In this document: positions 60,944-64,000 of the stretch, in pieces
Position numbering within the stretch: the first letter of the stretch is position 1
How the letters are laid out: the number at the start of each line of letters is the position of its first letter
Assembly: GCA_034530615.2 (NCBI GenBank)
Contig: JAVRCV020000031.1
Coordinates: 1-64,000 of the forward strand
DNA length: 64,000 bases
Direction of reading: 5' to 3'
From: Aulosira sp. ZfuVER01
GTDB taxonomy: Bacteria; Cyanobacteriota; Cyanobacteriia; Cyanobacteriales; Nostocaceae
Translations under genes and position numbers: made by a program
The notes under the pieces: model-generated
Seen by the model: only the letters and a program-made list of their open reading frames with translations
The model's database searches: none
What the model was told of the DNA's origin: nothing

Positions 60944-61744
60944 CTGAAAGGCTTTAAATTTAAAGGCGTAGAAAAACTGATTGGTCCGATAGCTGCGCTT
61001 CTCGGCTTCGTCTGCTTATTGCAGTGGTATATCAATGGCGAATTGCGATCGCCTGGCGATCCCATTTTTGAAGCTAAACAACCACCTTTGGTGATGAAAG
61101 GCGGCGATCCTTACATCCGCGCTTTAATGCGAACTATCTCCGCCAGCGAAGCCAACAGCAAACGTCCCTATTCTCTGCTTTATGGTGGTCAACAGGTGCG
61201 TGACCTCAGCCGTCATCCTGAGGTATGTGTCACTATTGTTACTGGTCCTAACACAGGTAATTGCTCTACTGCTGCTGGTAGATATCAAATCATTAACACT
61301 ACTTGGTATCAAATCGCTCCACGATATCATCCAAAACCTATGCAAATTATGTTTTGGTCTGCTTATAGCTTTGAAGCCGAGTATCAAGATGTGGTAGTTT
61401 ACCGTTGGTTAAGTGACTCCAAATTTTGGGGAATTGATTTTGCTCAACAGTTGCAACAAGGTAAGTTGAATGATGTTTTGCGGCGTTTATCACCTACTTG
61501 GACAAGTCTAGGCTACGGCATAGAAACCAATTCTATTAGTAGCTCTTTGCCCAAAATTTATCAGAAGTTGTTGAAAGAAGAATTAAAAGCAGTTAATCAA
61601 TCACCTTCAGCGAATTTTCTACCAACTCCAACCCCAAGCTTAACTCCCAGACCTCTGCAAATTTCTCCTGACAGGAAAAATTCAACTATTCCTCCTCATA
61701 GAGGTAGTAGTGGAGCATTAGAACTCAGATTGAATAGTCTGTAG
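60944..61744 (+). CDS. Lambda-lysozyme-like muramidase (GH24/GH104-like) with N-terminal anchor
   Basis: RALMRTISASE, STAAGRYQ, WTSL; the frame extends upstream to CTG 60944, 7 nt after AGGAG. Confidence 0.85.
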   Translation: MKGFKFKGVEKLIGPIAALLGFVCLLQWYINGELRSPGDPIFEAKQPPLVMKGGDPYIRALMRTISASEANSKRPYSLLYGGQQVRDLSRHPEVCVTIVTGPNTGNCSTAAGRYQIINTTWYQIAPRYHPKPMQIMFWSAYSFEAEYQDVVVYRWLSDSKFWGIDFAQQLQQGKLNDVLRRLSPTWTSLGYGIETNSISSSLPKIYQKLLKEELKAVNQSPSANFLPTPTPSLTPRPLQISPDRKNSTIPPHRGSSGALELRLNSL

Positions 61745-62173
61745 TGTCAATTAATTTTAGATTAAAAGGCCATTACCCTTGGATGTGACGCTCTACAATT
61801 TCTTTGAAGATGCAAGGGTGTGTTACTGCTATGTAATCATTTGAGCGTTTGAAAGAGTGAAAACTGTAACGCACTGTTTTCAAACACCCTACAAATTGGA
61901 TATTTTTTTAATTGCAACTGAATATATGTTCTATAGGGAATGCACTGACCGATGCAAATACCAAATTCAGCAGTGCGATCACATAACTTAGAGCAACAAC
62001 GTAGTTGTATGTGTAATACTATTTAAATTAGTCTTAACATTTCTCAATGTATTGAGATTTTGCTACTTTTCAGTATCAAACACCAATCCTAATAAATTTT
62101 TTACTAGGAGTTGGTGAATTTTACCATGACAGTGTGGTGGTAAAAATCGCCTAAATGTTATATGGAGTAACAG

Positions 62174-62944
62174 ATGATCGAATTAGAGCAACCACCTCAT
62201 CAAAACAAACTTACTCCGGTATTCAATAGTAAGTTCTTATCTGCGGGGCTTTTAATTGCAATTGTTATTGTGAGTATCTGGGCTGTTAGCTTAGGTTTCT
62301 TGATTTCTGTTGATATTTCGCATTTCAATTTCTTGCTATTAATAGTTCTGATACTTTGGCAAACATTTTTATATACAGGATTATTTATTACCTGTCATGA
62401 TGCTATGCATGGGTCTGTATGTCCCTCTAATCCCAAGATTAATCACTTTATTGGGAAATTGTGTATATCTCTTTATGGTCTTTTGCCCTATCAAATTTTA
62501 TTAAAAAAGCATTGGTTACACCACCATAACCCAGCTAGTGATTTAGATCCAGATTTTCATGATGGTAAACATAAAAATTTCTTTGCTTGGTATTTCCATT
62601 TTATGAAAAATTACTGGAGTTGGAGACAAATTATAGCTGTAACAATTGTCTATCAAAGTTTAAATTTGCTGTTCCATATACCCAGAATTAATCTAAATTG
62701 CTTTTGGGTAATTCCATCACTTTTAAGTTCATTACAATTGTTTTATTTTGGTACTTTTATCCCACATACTCAGCCAGTAGGAGGTTATATTCAGCCTCAT
62801 AAAGCCCAAACTATTAAGCGTCCAACCTGGTGGTCATTTATCACGTGCTATCACTTTGGCTACCACGAAGAACATCACGAATTTCCTCATATTGCTTGGT
62901 GGCAGCTACCAAAAGTTTATAAAATGGGTAAGAACTTCTCTTAA
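62174..62944 (+). CDS. crtW: Beta-carotene ketolase
   Basis: His boxes HDAMH, HWLHH, HEEHH; DPDFH; TCYHFGYH. Confidence 0.93.
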   Translation: MIELEQPPHQNKLTPVFNSKFLSAGLLIAIVIVSIWAVSLGFLISVDISHFNFLLLIVLILWQTFLYTGLFITCHDAMHGSVCPSNPKINHFIGKLCISLYGLLPYQILLKKHWLHHHNPASDLDPDFHDGKHKNFFAWYFHFMKNYWSWRQIIAVTIVYQSLNLLFHIPRINLNCFWVIPSLLSSLQLFYFGTFIPHTQPVGGYIQPHKAQTIKRPTWWSFITCYHFGYHEEHHEFPHIAWWQLPKVYKMGKNFS

Positions 62945-62966
62945 TCTAATGCCCAGAGAAATGCTA

Positions 62967-63650
62967 TTAGTTTGCTACTGATTTTTGCTGACTTGATATT
63001 TTCTCTATTCCTGTTTCTGGTAAAGGTGGACGCACACATAGATAAATTAGTGGTCCGAACAAGGGAATTAAAGTTATTAGCCAAAATAACTGAGGATTTT
63101 TCCAACCGCGACGCGCCATATCATCTCCTAACAATGCTGCTGGAAATAATAAGCTCAGGAGACAGAAATCTAAGCTCATCACATGAATGAAGCGGTTAGT
63201 ATGCCACTGTTGGAAAAAATTTCCCCAATCTCCGCCTTGTAAACCATAGGCAACTAAAATAGCAGCTGCTACGGTGAGGAAAATACCAGTTATGCGAGAA
63301 TCTAACAGTTTGATTAGGGCGTTTTTTGTACCTTCAAAGTGTTGACTTGGTTTGCGTAGGGCTAAGTAGGGTAAAAGTGCAAAAGCTCCGACTGCAAAAG
63401 AAGCAGTAGCAAATGGCCAAGCCGATATTTTTTGCCCTCTACCATCAATAAATACTACTGCACTATAAATTAATGGCCAGATGCCCATAAGGTTGAATAG
63501 TGCAATAACTAATGGGTTAATTCCTTGCCATTGACCGATGCTAAGTTTCTTAATTAACTCAAAGGTATCGGGTTGATCTGGAGGGGCTAAAAGAAATGCA
63601 TAAGTAATAAATCCAATCCAGAGTGAAAAATAAATAATTTTTTGCAACAT
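62967..63650 (-). CDS. DUF2834-like membrane protein
   Basis: LFNLMGIWP, ALLPYLALR, FIHVMSLDF, DDMARRG. Confidence 0.82.
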   Translation of the reverse strand: MLQKIIYFSLWIGFITYAFLLAPPDQPDTFELIKKLSIGQWQGINPLVIALFNLMGIWPLIYSAVVFIDGRGQKISAWPFATASFAVGAFALLPYLALRKPSQHFEGTKNALIKLLDSRITGIFLTVAAAILVAYGLQGGDWGNFFQQWHTNRFIHVMSLDFCLLSLLFPAALLGDDMARRGWKNPQLFWLITLIPLFGPLIYLCVRPPLPETGIEKISSQQKSVAN

Positions 63651-64000
63651 AAGAATGGGGAAATGAATTTATTTTAAGCTTGCCATATCGCAAAGCAGAT
63701 TTCCTAAAGTAATGTAATGATGAGATTTACTAATATTTTTTGCTTGGGCTTCCGCTATCCAAAGTTCGCACTTACGAGTCCAACGATTGAAATAATTGGG
63801 GAGTGGGATATTACCTCGCAGTATCCAGCGCATTAAGCAGTACAAGTTATAGCGTTCCGTATGAGTCCCAGAATTCTTGTATAAGTAGAATCCCTTGGAT
63901 AAGAAACTCCATTAAAAGCCAGCTGGAGCTAGTTCATCAAGGGGTGTGAACACTCTGATTCAAGCTATTGATTCAGCATAATTTTTAACTAAAAGCTTCT

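Larger units (their letters stand above)
2972..61032. repeat. HIP1 octamer GCGATCGC, dispersed
   Basis: More than 50 copies counted by eye in coding and non-coding DNA. Confidence 0.95.

Noticed and set aside
538..63190. Many 60-150 aa antisense or alternative-frame ORFs within long genes
   Set aside because: Shadow ORFs with no recognisable motifs.
63660..64000. Possible degraded gene at the window end
   Set aside because: All frames are interrupted and I could not recognise a family; needs BLASTX and flanking sequence.

Overview
Chromosomal window from a cyanobacterium, most likely a heterocyst-forming Nostocales strain. This is inferred from more than 50 HIP1 GCGATCGC octamers, 7-9 nt tandem STRR-type repeats and gene content. 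Most of it is conserved backbone: psbD end/psbC, SWIM + SNF2 helicase, pnp, yqgF-like, ntcA with its two autoregulatory boxes, fabI, hisB, folP, tpiA, DUF39, Mn riboswitch + GDT1 transporter, argZ, hppD, mutS2, DUF2997-DUF1257-ferredoxin, tspO and crtW. I saw no rRNA, tRNA, CRISPR array or intact transposase. The less obvious content lies in accessory and intergenic DNA. (1) A candidate three-component sensor: orphan PhnD-like lipoprotein + hybrid kinase + REC-kinase. (2) A secreted protein built from 13-aa E/R/Q repeats. (3) An 88-aa protein with 22 acidic and no basic residues. (4) Three pseudogenes missing from the ORF track: an IS200/RAYT-like transposase between inverted REP-like repeats, a MazF toxin fragment beside an attC-like hairpin, and a GIY-YIG nuclease. 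(5) A GGDEF+GNAT module bracketed by HIP1-extended direct repeats. (6) Several MITEs with clear target duplications, plus a multi-layer nested small-repeat stack. All family calls come from motif recognition by eye, not database searches.
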